A DNA stretch of 62,086 nt, the filler included, from Diploschistes diacapsis (lineage: Eukaryota), in the NCBI GenBank assembly GCA_023645945.1. It is 6 parts of 6 records of this genome, joined end to end, with 100 filler letters (N's around TTAATTAATTAA, not from the genome) between each part and the next. Parts side by side here need not be neighbours in the genome. Positions count along the whole stretch, not along the records: positions 31,121 to 41,385 come from JALAIB010000945.1; positions 41,486 to 51,749 come from JALAIB010000946.1; 4 more parts are not named here. One strand, written 5' to 3'. The translations under genes were made by a program, and so were the position numbers. The number at the start of each line of letters is the position of its first letter. The stretch's first letter is position 1. The notes under the pieces are model-generated. The model was not told where the DNA came from, did no database searches, and saw nothing but the letters and a program-made list of their open reading frames with translations. Below are positions 37,412 through 50,541 of the stretch, in pieces.

Positions 37412-39257
37412 ACCATATCTTTAACCTGATGTTGTTCTCTAGATGAGGGCAAGAAATTCTGATCGGTGCCTACCCTGAGCAACCCGAGTGGAGCCAAACA
37501 CTCTGGGGCGATTTGTCTTTATAGCAGGCCAAAGGGTGGGATGTGATTGGTGGACAGGCTCGATCTCTTCTCGGCGGATACAAAGAAAGGACACACGTGG
37601 GAGATTGTTTCCACCAGAAATTTGAGTCTTTCGGATTCCAATGTCTCTGAGAGAAGGCGGCCCATTTTCAATTTCTGGTCCAGGGTACGGTCAAGCCTAA
37701 ACAGCGGCTGCGCAATCTGCACTACACCCAAGCTCATTGGCTTGCCGTTTTTGGCTGACACTATTTCCTGAGCTGGCAGAGTGCTGGGTGCCAAAGTGGC
37801 CCCCATCGGTCGATACAAAGGATATACCAATTACCAAAGACGGAAATTATCTGGGCGGTCTTTGAGGCGCTTTGCCCTAGAATGAATAGAGCCACGAGCT
37901 CAACAGCCATCTAGGCCTCGAGTCCAATGGTTCGTCCAGCCACGGCAGAAAGCCATTCCCATCCACAAGAGTCTATTCGGGGCATCCGAGCCCGCAGTTT
38001 CGTCAGCCTGGCATTGGCCAACAAGAGCTACCTGCAACTGCTCACCACATGTTCGATAAACAACACACTCTCTTGTAACCGCAAATGTGGAGAGGGAGGT
38101 TTCTCCAGGCAGCCAGTTCAGATTCCTCTGCCAGACCCTCGGTCAGGTCAAAAGACTATAACGTGCGGAAATAGGCGGCGGCTGTACTGCGTACCTGACT
38201 TCTCGTCGAGCAAGGAGAATTGAGCGGGGAAAGAGCTTGTTCAAGAAGCAGCACGAGGTGGTATGCAATCGGTGTCCTGGGCCGACGTGTGAGAAATACA
38301 TCTTTCAGCGATATTGTGTTTTCTGTTAGGGCGCGCTCTCCCTAGCGAGGTTTAGAAGACTTTAAATGGTATCCGAGTTGCAAGGGAGAGACAGAAATAG
38401 ACTTGGAGGTAGACCTGAAAGGCCTGCGTGTACGTTGACGAAGGTGGACTTTGAAAGTTATGTATAACATGTATATACAAAGTGGCACTTGTTGTATGGG
38501 ATAAAGTATGGTATCGTGGTGGTGCCGTGGTATCACGTGTGGGAGCTTCAAAAATCCTTTACATCTGAGCATTGACCCTACTGCGGTTGCTCCCGGGGGT
38601 TCCCTGCCCTTCCCCATTGAGCTAAGGAAAAGATACTGGAATGCAAGTTGCGACCTTAAGTAGTGTCCAGCTATTAGCGTATTTCTTCCCCATACCCGAA
38701 ATCACAACCAATGCCAATAGAAAAGGCTAACTGTTTGGACGTATGTGGCTTCATGTCTTTATCCTGCCTTCCCCTTTTCCCCCCGAGACCGACGCAGATT
38801 AGCTCAGGCACAGGTCACGCTCAAATGCCGTCATTGGACATTGACTCTCGTGCTTGCTTAAAGTTAACAAAATTTTATGCCCGACGTTACGTTACCGGGT
38901 CCGTCGAACTGTCGCCAGGCAGACGAGCGAGCGAGACAACAATCATGAAAGCTACTAATATATCTACCATTCACCATTCTCTCAGCCTTTTTGCACACAA
39001 ACTACTCAACATACTGCTACGTCCCAATGATTCAGCATATTGTTCATCATATACTACGGAAAGCATTTTGTTAGGCTCAACTTATGCCTTGACTTTCTTG
39101 ACTCCTCCTGACGGAGAAAGCTATGATATTGGCATGATTATTTTGGGCACAACTGAAGCTCTAAGAGTTCGCATTAGGGTTTTATTAAACCGACATCGTT
39201 CGTCTTTTGCTGTGCTAACCCACTCTTAGTCTACTTAAACCTCTCGTCTCTGACACA

Positions 39258-40592
39258 ATGGCATTTCCAAGGTCACACGTTCCTTCGCAAAATCCACTTT
39301 CGATACAGCAAAGCTCCGAAAATGTACCACTTGGCTCCAGCCGCGCACCACGCAACTCGGCCCCAGCAGCACTGCAACCTATGGTGAGCTCTGCCAGTGC
39401 ACTTCCAGGACAACAGCGTCGCTCTTCAGCCTTTGCGAATTCTACAATGGAGCAGCTGTTTGAGCAGTACCGCACCTTCCGCCTCAGCCAACAGAGACTG
39501 CACGACGAAGAAAGAAAGATTTGGGAGAGGGAAAGAGGGGAGCTACAGAAGAGGATCCAGGAGCTAGAAGAAACGGTGGCGGCTCTCTTGTCCAGACACA
39601 GTAGCAGCGGTAACGTAACCTCGCCAACGGCTCCAGCGTGGGCGAGCAGCAGTTTCGGCTCATATCCTCCAATACCACCGCCACAGCCCGCACGGAGTAC
39701 AGGAAAGGAAGTTTGGCGGGGCCCTGCATCTCATCCTACCCGAACGTTTTCCGATGTAACAGAGACAACCACGAAGCCTCTGGGTGGTGTTCTGGCGAGC
39801 ATACCGGAGCATCTGGAGCGGAGGAAGAGCGTAGGGTTCACGGGGACGGAGAATGAGCCCAATCCACGAGGCAGCTCCATGCCAGCAGCCATACCGGGCG
39901 AATACATCAGTCCCGACTATGACGGAATATCATTGAAGCCGAAACTTCTACCTCCTGAAATCATAAAGATAATCGCGTCCCCCGAGTCTGCATCTCCCAT
40001 GCATGATTCTCCGTCTCCGCGTACGGTGTCGAGCCCGACAAAACCAGCCTCGGAGCCACGGCCAAAGATGATCGACATTGCAGGAACGAGGCTGGGGTCA
40101 GAAGCACTCTACACGCAGGATGCCGGCCATACTCCGTTGGTGCAAGTAACGGGCGCAGATTCGGCGAAATCGTCAATTCCTTCGCCCAGTGCTCAAGTAC
40201 AGGAGATCGAAGCCGAGAGACCTCCCCTCGAGCCGGCACCAACCAGGAGGCTGCCGAACGAGCGATCGGATAGTTACTTCCCGTCAGCGCAGGACGACCA
40301 AAGGGAGACTGTACCGGAAGCGCCAGCCGAAGATCCCGCCCTGACGGGTCCCCTGTCGCTGAGTTCCTCACACAACAAGCCAGAAGACGTGAGCTTTCTG
40401 GAAAAGGTTAATTCGCAGCTCGATCTGCAGGCGAAACAGGTCACCGCAGAAGGCCAGTCGGATGCAGGGCAACAGCAGGATCCACAACGGGAAAGCGCAA
40501 ACTCGGACCATGGGGACGACGAAGGGGGTCCGCGACTCAGGATCAAGAGGAGTATGAACTTTGGTGCGCCCTTTGGATCGACAGGAGCATGA
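39258..40592 (+). CDS. Hypothetical disordered protein with N-terminal coiled coil
   Basis: 444-aa ORF; coiled coil QRLHDEERKIWERERGELQKRIQELEE; C-terminal LRIKRSMNFGAPFG motif. Confidence 0.8.
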   Translation: MAFPRSHVPSQNPLSIQQSSENVPLGSSRAPRNSAPAALQPMVSSASALPGQQRRSSAFANSTMEQLFEQYRTFRLSQQRLHDEERKIWERERGELQKRIQELEETVAALLSRHSSSGNVTSPTAPAWASSSFGSYPPIPPPQPARSTGKEVWRGPASHPTRTFSDVTETTTKPLGGVLASIPEHLERRKSVGFTGTENEPNPRGSSMPAAIPGEYISPDYDGISLKPKLLPPEIIKIIASPESASPMHDSPSPRTVSSPTKPASEPRPKMIDIAGTRLGSEALYTQDAGHTPLVQVTGADSAKSSIPSPSAQVQEIEAERPPLEPAPTRRLPNERSDSYFPSAQDDQRETVPEAPAEDPALTGPLSLSSSHNKPEDVSFLEKVNSQLDLQAKQVTAEGQSDAGQQQDPQRESANSDHGDDEGGPRLRIKRSMNFGAPFGSTGA

Positions 40593-41385
40593 AATTTTGG
40601 TGTGCACATTGGCAAGGGAGCGGGAAAGATCTTGTGACGGATCTGGGTTTGAGCGAGCATTGCGAGGCGTGCTATTTTACTGATCAGCGTTATGATTTAT
40701 GTGAGCTCCGAAGGAGCGAGACTCCGCACAGGAAAGAGCAGAAAACTAAACATGCCCCCTTTTTATCGCTGAGTATTCATGAAGAGAATTTGTTTCTCGG
40801 CATCTACGAGCACTCTCTTCCATGGCCGTTTCGTCAGCTGCTGGGTGATGGTGCGGCAAGCAAGGGCGGACTTTGTCTGTTGCACAGCTCATCCCTAACA
40901 ACTCACCCTTGCCCTCCCCCCCTGCATGCCAGCCAGCCCTTGAGACCTTTCCTTAAAATGCTGACATCTATAGTCCATTCTTGATCTCTCAACCTTAGCC
41001 CCAGTCCTCCTTACTCTTCAAGTCCCATCACTCACTCACTCACTCACTCAACATCCAGCATTCCTTCCCTTCACCATTGATCCAGCAACCCCTCACCTCA
41101 GAAACGCAAATGGAAACTCAAAGGCCCTCCCCGTACGATGGGTCACGCACGACCCCTTGCCGGAATCCCCTACCCACCTACCTTGGTACCCTGAGCGCCA
41201 TCCAAACGAAACGGCATGTCCGAAATCCTTTTCCAAGGGCACCCCCAAGGGTTGCTCAAGGGTTCCCCCAACCCTTGCACAAAGCATGGCAAGGCAAGGG
41301 CTGGAAAGACAAAGACAAAGACAAAGACGAAGACGAAGACGCAGAGCGCGGCTGGTGTGATGGAAACTGCCAGTGGGAAATGATG

Positions 41386-41485
41386 NNNNNNNNNNNNNNN
41401 NNNNNNNNNNNNNNNNNNNNNNNNNNNNNTTAATTAATTAANNNNNNNNNNNNNNNNNNNNNNNNNNNNNNNNNNNNNNNNNNNN
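41386..41485. other. Artificial assembly linker / gap
   Basis: N44-TTAATTAATTAA-N44. Confidence 0.98.
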
Positions 41486-41835
41486 GGAGTGGAGTGGAGT
41501 GGAGTTGTTTAAAGAGAGCTTCACTTCCTGTCGTTGTGCAAGCGGCGGTGTATAATATAATTGGTATCGATGCTATACGACACTGCGGTTTTCGTTTGTG
41601 AGATTGATTGTCTCGTGGGTGGAGGGGCGACTGAGGCGCTTCGAGCAGACTATCTGTATTTTGTTTTGAAGACATGGCCTTGAAGCGAGGAGGATGTTTT
41701 ATGTTTTATTGTGTTGAGAATTCTAGGTATGGGACGAGAATATCCACCCTAAGCTTACTACTGTGATATTCTGTAGGTTGGATTATCGTGGGCGGAGGGC
41801 GGAGGGCGAAGGGCGAAGGGCGATAGGCACTGCGT

Positions 41836-41940
41836 GTTCATTGATGAGACCAAGGTTATCGTCATTGTCAGGCGTCGAGGCGCTTCACGTTCATTGATGA
41901 CACAAAGGTTATTGCTAGTGTAGGGTGACGAGGCGCTTCA
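41836..41940. repeat. Imperfect ~53-bp tandem duplication
   Basis: Two copies of GTTCATTGATGA...AAGGTTAT...CGAGGCGCTTCA (41836-41887 and 41889-41940). Confidence 0.7.
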
Positions 41941-42173
41941 AGTATGTAAGTTGTCAGAGACCTCAGGGTTTCAACAAGGGGTTTCATATTCAACATTGTC
42001 GTTTATAGACTCTACTGTATCCAAGCGAGCGTATGTACACGAAGTCGTGTCATCGTAAACATACAATCGTTACAAAAAACCGCAAAAAACCAAACAGAAA
42101 ACCACCACCCAAAAACAGACCAAAAAACCAACACAGAAACCAAAACCAAGACCAAAGCCACAAAACCAAGGGC

Positions 42174-44051
42174 TCAAAAGTACGCTCCCCCCAACACCGA
42201 CGCCAAATAGCGCTCTGCAGGCAGTCCATTTGCCTGGCGCCAGAACGCCCACTCCCGGTATCCCAAGCTGCTCATGAACACGGCCACCGCACAAACACCC
42301 AAAGTCACCGCCATCGCCAACATGCCCATGTCGCCCCACTCGTCATCCGTCCATCCATGGCGGCTCTCGTGAGCTGGTAGGGGTGCGGGGGTTGCTTCAT
42401 TGCCCTTATCATTGTCCTTTCCGTCGTCGGCTTCATCTTCGTCTTCGTCTTCGTCTTCTGCTTCTGGTACTTCCGCAACCCCAAGCATGTAATCTTCTAG
42501 CTCTGAGAGCTGCTCTGTCTTTTCCTGGAGCGCCTCGGTTACGCCGTCGTAGTGGAGGATCTGGCTCTTCAGCTCCTCGTTCTCCGTTTTCAATTCCTCG
42601 ACCCGCTCAGTCTTCTTCTGAAGCTGGCCGGTGAGGTCTTCGTTCTCCGCCTTCAATCCCTCGATTTGGAATCTGTTCTCCTGTGCCTCTGTCTCCAATC
42701 CTTCAACTACTTCAGTCAGCTCTTTCTTGAGCTCAGAGTCCAGGCTACGCCTTTCTGTAGGCGAGTCTGGGCTGTCGGGCAAAGTGAGACTTTCGAGTAT
42801 CATATCTCGAACTGGTGTGCCAAGGCCATTGATTTGGGTCTCTAGCTCAAAGATTCTTTGATCTTTCACGCGGTTGTCTCGCTCTAGGCTGTCGTTCTTC
42901 GACATGAGAGTGTAGCATTGGTGTTTCAAGCGTGGTGTGAGTTCGTTCTTCTGTGCTTGATCAGAGGTGTTGTTGCCGCTGCTGCGAGGGTAATCCTGCA
43001 TCGCGAGATGATCATCGAGGTCTCGGGTGAGTTCCTGCAGCTCGTTTCTGAACTCTGTGTAGTGGCCTACTAAGACGGTGTTTTGTTCGTGATAGCGTCT
43101 GTTCTCTTCCTGTAGCCTTGCAACTTTCTTCTGGGATAGGTCGAAGTTTCTCTTCAATCCGACGTTGAAGTCGACAAACTGACTGTTCTCAAGCTCGGCG
43201 TCGCGAAGGCGACCCTTCAAGTCGGCAATCTTGACCTCCTTGTTTCCGCGTAACTCTCTCATGTGAGTTTGCGTTAAACTGTCATTCTCACTTCTGCTTG
43301 CAGCCAACTGCCGCTGCAAGTCCTGTTCATTTGCTCGGCATTTCACCAATGCGTTGTTGAGCTCATCTTCCTTCTTATGCAAGCCATCCACCTGCTCTTC
43401 CATATATTTGACCCACGATTCGCGTCCTTCCTCCGCCTCCGTCTTCTTCGCGATGTCTACATTCAGGAGGTCTATCTTCTCGATATGTGTCTCCAACGCT
43501 TTCTGTAAGATTTTCACCTGGACGTCTTTTCTGTCCAATTTCTGTTCGAGTCCCTCGATCACGATTTCGCTCCCGCCATCTGAAATAGACTTTTCTGATG
43601 AAGCTACGGAAGGTTCTGGAGAGCGCTGCCAGGCCACGATAGTGACGCGAGCTAGCTCGGAGAATAGCTGGAGTCCTTCCACGAAAGCCTGCTCGATTTC
43701 TTTCTTCAGCATATCGATGAGTTCTTGACTCGGTACTGTGTCCGGGTAGTTGAATAAAAGCTCTAGCTGTGCGATATTTTCATTACGTTTATCGAGCCAG
43801 GGTGTGAGCATGCCGATGACTTCGCATCCTTTGGGAACATCCTTGATGTTGGGGGCAACGGCATTGACTTGCTCTCTTGCATGCTGGATGTACCCTTTGA
43901 ATTGGGCGAATACTTCCTGAGATGGCAGAAGACTGTCAGCGAGCTCGAGCTTCTTCTGCAGCTCCTCGATCTGCTGTGATCTTGATTGGTTGCCCGAAGA
44001 CGTGAATACTAGTGAGGAGTCCATGACTCCTGCTGGTTCGATGTGAACCAA
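42174..44051 (-). CDS. Long coiled-coil protein with C-terminal transmembrane anchor
   Basis: 625-aa intronless ORF rich in E/K/L/Q heptads; acidic stretch; hydrophobic GMLAMAVTLGVCAVAVFMSSLGY near the C-terminus. Confidence 0.8.
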   Translation of the reverse strand: MVHIEPAGVMDSSLVFTSSGNQSRSQQIEELQKKLELADSLLPSQEVFAQFKGYIQHAREQVNAVAPNIKDVPKGCEVIGMLTPWLDKRNENIAQLELLFNYPDTVPSQELIDMLKKEIEQAFVEGLQLFSELARVTIVAWQRSPEPSVASSEKSISDGGSEIVIEGLEQKLDRKDVQVKILQKALETHIEKIDLLNVDIAKKTEAEEGRESWVKYMEEQVDGLHKKEDELNNALVKCRANEQDLQRQLAASRSENDSLTQTHMRELRGNKEVKIADLKGRLRDAELENSQFVDFNVGLKRNFDLSQKKVARLQEENRRYHEQNTVLVGHYTEFRNELQELTRDLDDHLAMQDYPRSSGNNTSDQAQKNELTPRLKHQCYTLMSKNDSLERDNRVKDQRIFELETQINGLGTPVRDMILESLTLPDSPDSPTERRSLDSELKKELTEVVEGLETEAQENRFQIEGLKAENEDLTGQLQKKTERVEELKTENEELKSQILHYDGVTEALQEKTEQLSELEDYMLGVAEVPEAEDEDEDEDEADDGKDNDKGNEATPAPLPAHESRHGWTDDEWGDMGMLAMAVTLGVCAVAVFMSSLGYREWAFWRQANGLPAERYLASVLGGAYF

Positions 44052-44959
44052 ACGTTGAGACTACGTGTCAAGCGAGGAAAGAAGCAGTTTGCAAGTAGTA
44101 CTTGACGATGAAGCGAAACAAGCTATTCACAAAGCAGTTGCAACGCTGATAGTTGTGGAAGTTACACAGTGGAAAGTGATGATGGAAGTGGTGGAGGAAA
44201 GAAAGAGAAAAACAATGGGGAAGAAACTTCTGGTGGGTTATTGTACGTGTGCACGCGAGTCAAAGGGGTCGTTCCTTAAAGGGGTCGTTCCTTCTTAAAA
44301 AAGGATATACCACGACGGATCCGGTGCTGGAGCAACTCTTCGCCTCTTGACAATACACGGAGACTGCAACACCGAATGACCGACAACTTGAAGATAGCAT
44401 TGGTAGACTAGAAACACTGGATACAATATCTATGCAAATCCAAACCGTAGTCTTCGAATTGATACACGATCACACTATCTGAAGAGGTAAGGGAGAAGAG
44501 ATACTCTGACAAAGAGAGCAGTAGCAACAGAACTACCGTCAGTACTTAACTACTAACCGAGTATCTATGGAACTCATCTGCTGCTTTGACAACTTCCTCT
44601 GACTTCTTCTAGGCTCACCTGCGTCAATGCATTGGTCGCGGGTAAAAGCCAGTTACATACTTCCTAACTTAAAGATTGATGAAGTTGAATACCTTAGCGC
44701 TATATTGTAGAAAGATGTTACGGAGTTCAAGTTAATCCGCCTACCCAAAGCAGCCCTTGATCCTCTTCAGCCCTATACTCGCCGCCCGAGGGGGGATGTA
44801 GGTAGTGGGCTTATATGAGTTACAACAACACCAACAGCTTGAAAGCTAGGACCAGAAAGCCTGCCGCCCTGTCAATGGGTATGCAAGGGTGCGCAGGCTC
44901 ATTGACATCCTCATAGCTTCAACCGTCGCCCATTGCAGCTATACTGCCACCTTCCAGCT

Positions 44960-47900
44960 ATGTTCAACTTGAACAATCTGGTGCAGAAAGCTCAAAGCTT
45001 GATCGATCCAAGCTTGTCTCCGACCTCAGGTAGTGCAGATAGAAAACCATCGAAAGCAACTTTGTTCAGACACCAGTTCCGCTTGCCTGATACAGAAACT
45101 CCGCTTCATGAAATTACCGCCGAGCTCACCGTCCCTCTGCCTTACAAGTCGCAGACTCCTCGCACACCGGACTTCGAGACAGGAAGTAGTCGCGTACAGG
45201 GCAATGTGTATACCGGAAAGCTTCACCTGAGTGAAAACTATCTCTGTTTCTCAACACAGGCTACAAGTTTCCATTCGTCATCCAGCTTGCAGGCGTCCTC
45301 GGCCTTCACCGGCCAGACTCATGGAGCTGGACCAGCCGGTAATGGCTTCACTCTACCGTTATGTGCGATTCGAAAGGTTGAGAGGCTCCCTACACAGAAT
45401 GCGCTGTTCGCGCTGGCAATGACAGCGTGGAATGGAGTTACGGGCCAAAAAGACCAGGGCAACAACACGCAACGGTTTACCCTCCAGCTTGCGGGCAGTC
45501 GGCAAGCGTGTGACCGATTCTGCGATGGATTAAAAAAGGGCCTCCGGAACGGCGTCAAACAGGTCGAGAATCTTCGCACAGTCGTCAATGACTGCTATTC
45601 CGAGTATCTGCTATCGGGAGCTGGTCACAAATCAAAGGACGCCCAGTCGCCCTCGATTGCAAGGGACCCACCCGAGATCGGCCTTGGGATGCTCTTCAAG
45701 TTTCCTGGCGATCCTCGAAAGTTGCGCGACCGCAGCAAGATGAGGCTCTGGAACGAATACTTTCGAGGTTAATGTGCTGCTTCTCTGCCAAGCCCAAGCG
45801 CTAAACAGGTTGTAGATAACGGACGTAATGCTATGCTCATCAGACAACCAACCTTACACAAGCTTATCCGCGTCGGCCTTCCCAATCGGCTGCGCGGAGA
45901 ACTATGGGAGCTCTCATCAGGGTCGTTCTACCTGCGTCTCCAGAATCCGCAGCTCTACACCAAAACTCTATCGAAGTTTACAGGTCGCGAGTCCCTTGCC
46001 ATCGACGAGATAGAAAAGGACTTGAACAGGAGTCTCCCAGAGTATCCGGGATTCCAAAGTGAAGAGGGCATTGGGCGGCTGCGACGAGTCTTGACAGCTT
46101 ACAGTTGGATCAACGAAGAAGTTGGTTACTGCCAAGCGATGAACATTGTCGTTGCAGCACTCTTAATGTATTTCCCCTCTCGCTAAGGCCCAAGGCCTTA
46201 CTGATTACACCCTAGATACATGTCCGAGACGCAAGCATTCTTCCTCCTCTCAGTTCTTTGCGATCGGCTACTCCCAGGATACTACTCGACCACAATGTAC
46301 GGAACGCTCCTGGATCAACGAGTTTTTGAATCGCTTGTCGAAAAGACAATGCCCATCCTGTGGGAACATTTAACGAGATCGGATGTCCAATTGTCCGTCG
46401 TATCTCTCCCGTGGTTTTTGTCACTGTACATCAATTCCATGCCTCTAGTTTTCGCATTCCGCATCTTGGATGTTTTCTTTCTAGAGGGTCCCAAAGTTCT
46501 GTTTCAGATAGGATTAGCCATTCTTAGGATAAATGGGGAGGAGTTGCTTGACGTTAACGACGACGGGACTTTTATTTCGATCCTTAAAACATACTTTTCA
46601 CGACTCGACGAATCCGCACATCCAAAGTCGGAGAATGAGAAGCTCAGGGCTGTCACGAAATTCCAAGAATTGATGGTTGTTGCTTTCAAAGAATTTTCAG
46701 GGATCACTCAGAGCCTGATATCCGACCACAGAGCAAAGTTCAAAGATGATGTTTTAGAGAATATTGAAAACTTTGCGAAGCGAGCGTCGATTAGAAATCT
46801 GGGGCCAGAAAGTAAGAGGCTCAGCCCGGCAGATCTGGGCTTCCTCTATGATCGGTTCTACAGCGTACTGTACCAGCAAGAGCACGAACTACAAAAGCAC
46901 CGGCAAGAGGCGCAGAAACTTCAGAAGAAGACGGGAGGCGCTCGTGCCGCAGAGGTGGTGACTGGGACTGGTGGAAATGCTGAACTGGGCCGAGTAGGTA
47001 TCGGTCCCGGTCCAGAGTTCATGAATTATGATGGTTTTAGGCAGTTCATGGCGGGAACTGCAAAGTGGGCCGTGGCCGATGCGCCGCGCACCCCTTTCGG
47101 CGATGTGACTTTTGAGAAAGACGGTAGACTTGCTCCCACTCCTACTCCACGGCATCGCGAGTTTCTCAATTCTCCTAGTCTCACAAAGGGACAAGAGCCA
47201 GCCGACCACGATTTCTTGCAGCGACTATACGGATACTGGAATAAGGGAGATAAGGATGGATTGAGTCTACAAAGTGTTGTGGCAGGAATTGCCGATATCA
47301 AGGGATCCAGAGACCTCATGGGAAGCATTGCTCACTTCTTCAACCTTTATGATGACAACAAAGACGGCAAAGTGGATCGGGAAGGCATCTTGCGCATGTC
47401 CGAAGGTTTGCTCTTCTTGACCAGACGAGGCCTCGAAGGAAACTTTACCTTGATCGGACCGTCGTCAAACAGCATGGATGAGTCGATCAACGTGACTGAA
47501 GAGGTAGTGGTGAGCGGCTCAGCACTCAACGAGAAGTTCCTTAGCAGTGTCAGCGCCTTCATTCGGAGGTGCTTCGAGTATGCCGATCCCGATCACCCGC
47601 AAAACCAAGACCAAGCCGCAACAAGCGGTGGCTCCGATGATCCCAGTTTCGACTCTGGAATGGATAAGTTTAGCATAGGGGATGATGAAGATGATCTTAT
47701 TGACACGTTTTCCGAGACGCTGGGGAAGCCACCACCCCAAGTAGCCCAGACACAACCTCCACAAACCCCGCAACCTCCCGCAGCTCCACACATTCCGCAG
47801 TCCCCTCAGACACCCTCAAAGCAATCGGCGAACCTGGCTCTCGACCCTGCAAACCCGCTTCACATCACCCTCCCGACATTCCGCATGGTCGTTCTCGCTG

Positions 47901-48412
47901 ATGAGCTTCTTCAACAGTTCTTCGAGTTCTCTTTGGCGGAATCCTTCCACATAGCACCGGAGAATGTTGCAAGGGCGCCGACATTCTCCATTCAGACACC
48001 CACGCTCACGACGTTCAGCGGCATGAACGCCCGGCAGATGTTTACCCCTTCAGGTACCGGTGCCAACGAGGCACCATCGAAGGGTCTGCGTGGTCTACTC
48101 GATAACATAGTCACCGACGGCATGCGCGTTGCGATCGAGGTGCGGAAGAGAATGGAAGAGGCACAGAAAGAAATGGAGCGGAACGCCCTTTCCAAAGACG
48201 AGGACTATGACGACGAGGACGAAGCGCCAACGCCCGGCCTTTATGCAAGTGATCCGGAAAAGAGGAGCGTTATGGAACGAGACAGGGACTTGCTCGAGGG
48301 CGCCGAAGCGGAGAGCATAAGGGAGAGCGAGGGCATGTTGGCACAGGGTGGAAACGTGCCGTTGATCTCCACAGACGGTAGCGGAGATGTTGAGAAGATG
48401 TTTGAGAGCTGA
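44960..48412 (+). CDS. GYP2: Rab GTPase-activating protein (GRAM + TBC + EF-hand), Gyp2/Mdr1-like, 3 exons
   Basis: GRAM-like [17 protein letters not shown] motifs [10 protein letters not shown] and GYCQAMN; EF-hand [13 protein letters not shown]; introns near 45768-45815 and 46168-46215. Confidence 0.93.
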
Positions 48413-48776
48413 GTGCCTGGGGCCGCTTGGGTAGCAACATTTGGGTAGGCGCTTCCAGCCCGGAATGAGAGTTGGCTGTGAAAGCAAAGGGTTTGGAATG
48501 GGTCGATGGTTATCGACCTCTGTTCACATATACCCATGTGAATATCACTAGAAGTCTGAGCGTCTTAGCGTGGCTTTTTCTCTCGCTGCTGACTATGAAG
48601 GCAACGGTTAATAATCACAATGCAAAAGGATGCTTCTTCCATTCGGAGTAATACTTCAACCACCAAAATTGCCAATATGCTAATATGCTAATCCTACATT
48701 CCTGTGCATAACCGCCAAGAAAGAGATTTACTCGAGGTACTACTGTATAGTAGAGTATAACTAGAATACTATAAGC

Positions 48777-48832
48777 AGAGGCCTTGAATAAGAGGCTTTG
48801 AATAAGAGGCCTTGAATAAGAGGCCTTGAATA
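48777..48832. repeat. 14-bp minisatellite, 4 copies (AGAGGCCTTGAATA)
   Basis: Four consecutive copies, one with a C>T change. Confidence 0.9.
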
Positions 48833-50541
48833 AGCCGCCTCGTCGTATGTTGATTACGTCATGTCAAACGCGCATATTTGGGTATCTACCGCAACGCCCG
48901 GTTTCTTCGCCGAGAAGAGAAATCATGCACCGAGCACGATCAAGCTCCAGGACGTCTCACATATCCCATTCAACCCTCTTGGTGAAGTGCCACCGATATA
49001 GAGATTGAAGATCAAGCATGCTGTCGAAGTCAATGCATAATAAAAGCTTAAGGCTATTGCGTCCCGTTCCAATCAATCCCAGTGCAGCAGCATTCGGTGT
49101 CGATAGACGCGGCTGTTCTGCGTTTGGTTCTGGGTCTGTACCAGCAGAGCCATTTTTCCCCAGTCAAATCTGAGCTCGGACAACACCCTCCACCCCCAGA
49201 GCATGTAATATTGTCTCCTGTACCAACCAATATACCATGGAAAACTTCTTGGACCTGTGTGAAGAGCCCGCCCCAGGCACGTACACAAAGCTTGATACCC
49301 TCCTTCAGGACGGCCAATCCCCTGACGTTTGGTTGGATCGGCAGCTGATGAAGGAAGATCAATGTTTGTGTGACCAAGCTCACCACGGTAGAAGAAGGGG
49401 CGGCTTCCGGATGATGTCCAATCTTCTTCCGGGCACACTGCTCCGTCTGCCCATGGCAATTTGACACCTGCATTATCCACACATGGCAAACGAAAGTGGC
49501 GGTGAATATAGGTTCAGGTTGGGGTCTGTCAGGTAGGTACAGATACACTTATGAAGGCAATCTCACAGCACATACATCCAGTATTAGGTTCCTCCTGTAT
49601 TGCCCGAGTCTACGTCGTATCATTGAAAGAGTGACGGGACCAACGCCTGATACTAGTACGTTATACACTTACGATAACCTGGGTCGAGTTCAAAATTGGT
49701 GGATCAATACTTCGTCCATTATTATGGCCTCACCGCCACGATGCAGGGTTGACATTTCTTACGGGGTATCTACGATTATGGCTTTTGCAGATTACATTGC
49801 TCCCTGCCACACTTGCTGCTTACTGTACAGCGAATTTGGATTACTCTGTACGGAATGACGCCCACGTCCTTCACAGCTACTGAGTGCCAGGTCCCGAGGG
49901 TGGAAGCGAGCTTCGCTTGGAGGGATATAGCTGTACTACGGCTGCTTGAGCGTGACTTGATCTTGTCATCTCCAACCAGAATCGAGACGTCTGTCTCTCT
50001 GCCCTCTGGATTCATCGCGAACTTATGGGGAACGGCCAGTGTTGTCGCCTTATGGCTATGCAGATGCCTCCTCAGCATTATCATACGGTTCTTCCTTTCT
50101 TGCAATGATTGTTACTCGCAGTGGTGCCCCGATACTCCAGTTTTCTCCTGTTCGAGTGTCCTTGCCACGCCTTGCTTCAAGTCCGCCCAATACCTTCAGG
50201 ACCGTCCTGTGTTGGTTGCCGTTCGACCTCTAACCTAGCAATACAGGCAATCTATGTGCCCGCTTGAGTCGAGGTCCTGATCTTGACAGTATATAGATAC
50301 TCCATTCCCCTTTCATGTCTGTTTCCTGTGTGTGAAATCACTTCCTGACACTCCTTGAGACTACTACTGCCCTGGAAAAATAGAACGGGGACTTTTACTT
50401 GCATTCACTCAAATCGTTTTAACGCACTGGTGTTCCGTACCTGCCCCTTTCCATACGGGGATCTCGGTGCGGACATTGTTCCTCGCCTGACCATATTCAA
50501 GCATTCCCCTGCCACTACCATCACTTCTGCTCCACACGAAA

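Noticed and set aside
49054..50238. Cluster of short ORFs between GYP2 and the zinc-ribbon gene
   Set aside because: No consistent frame, motif or codon bias that I can support.
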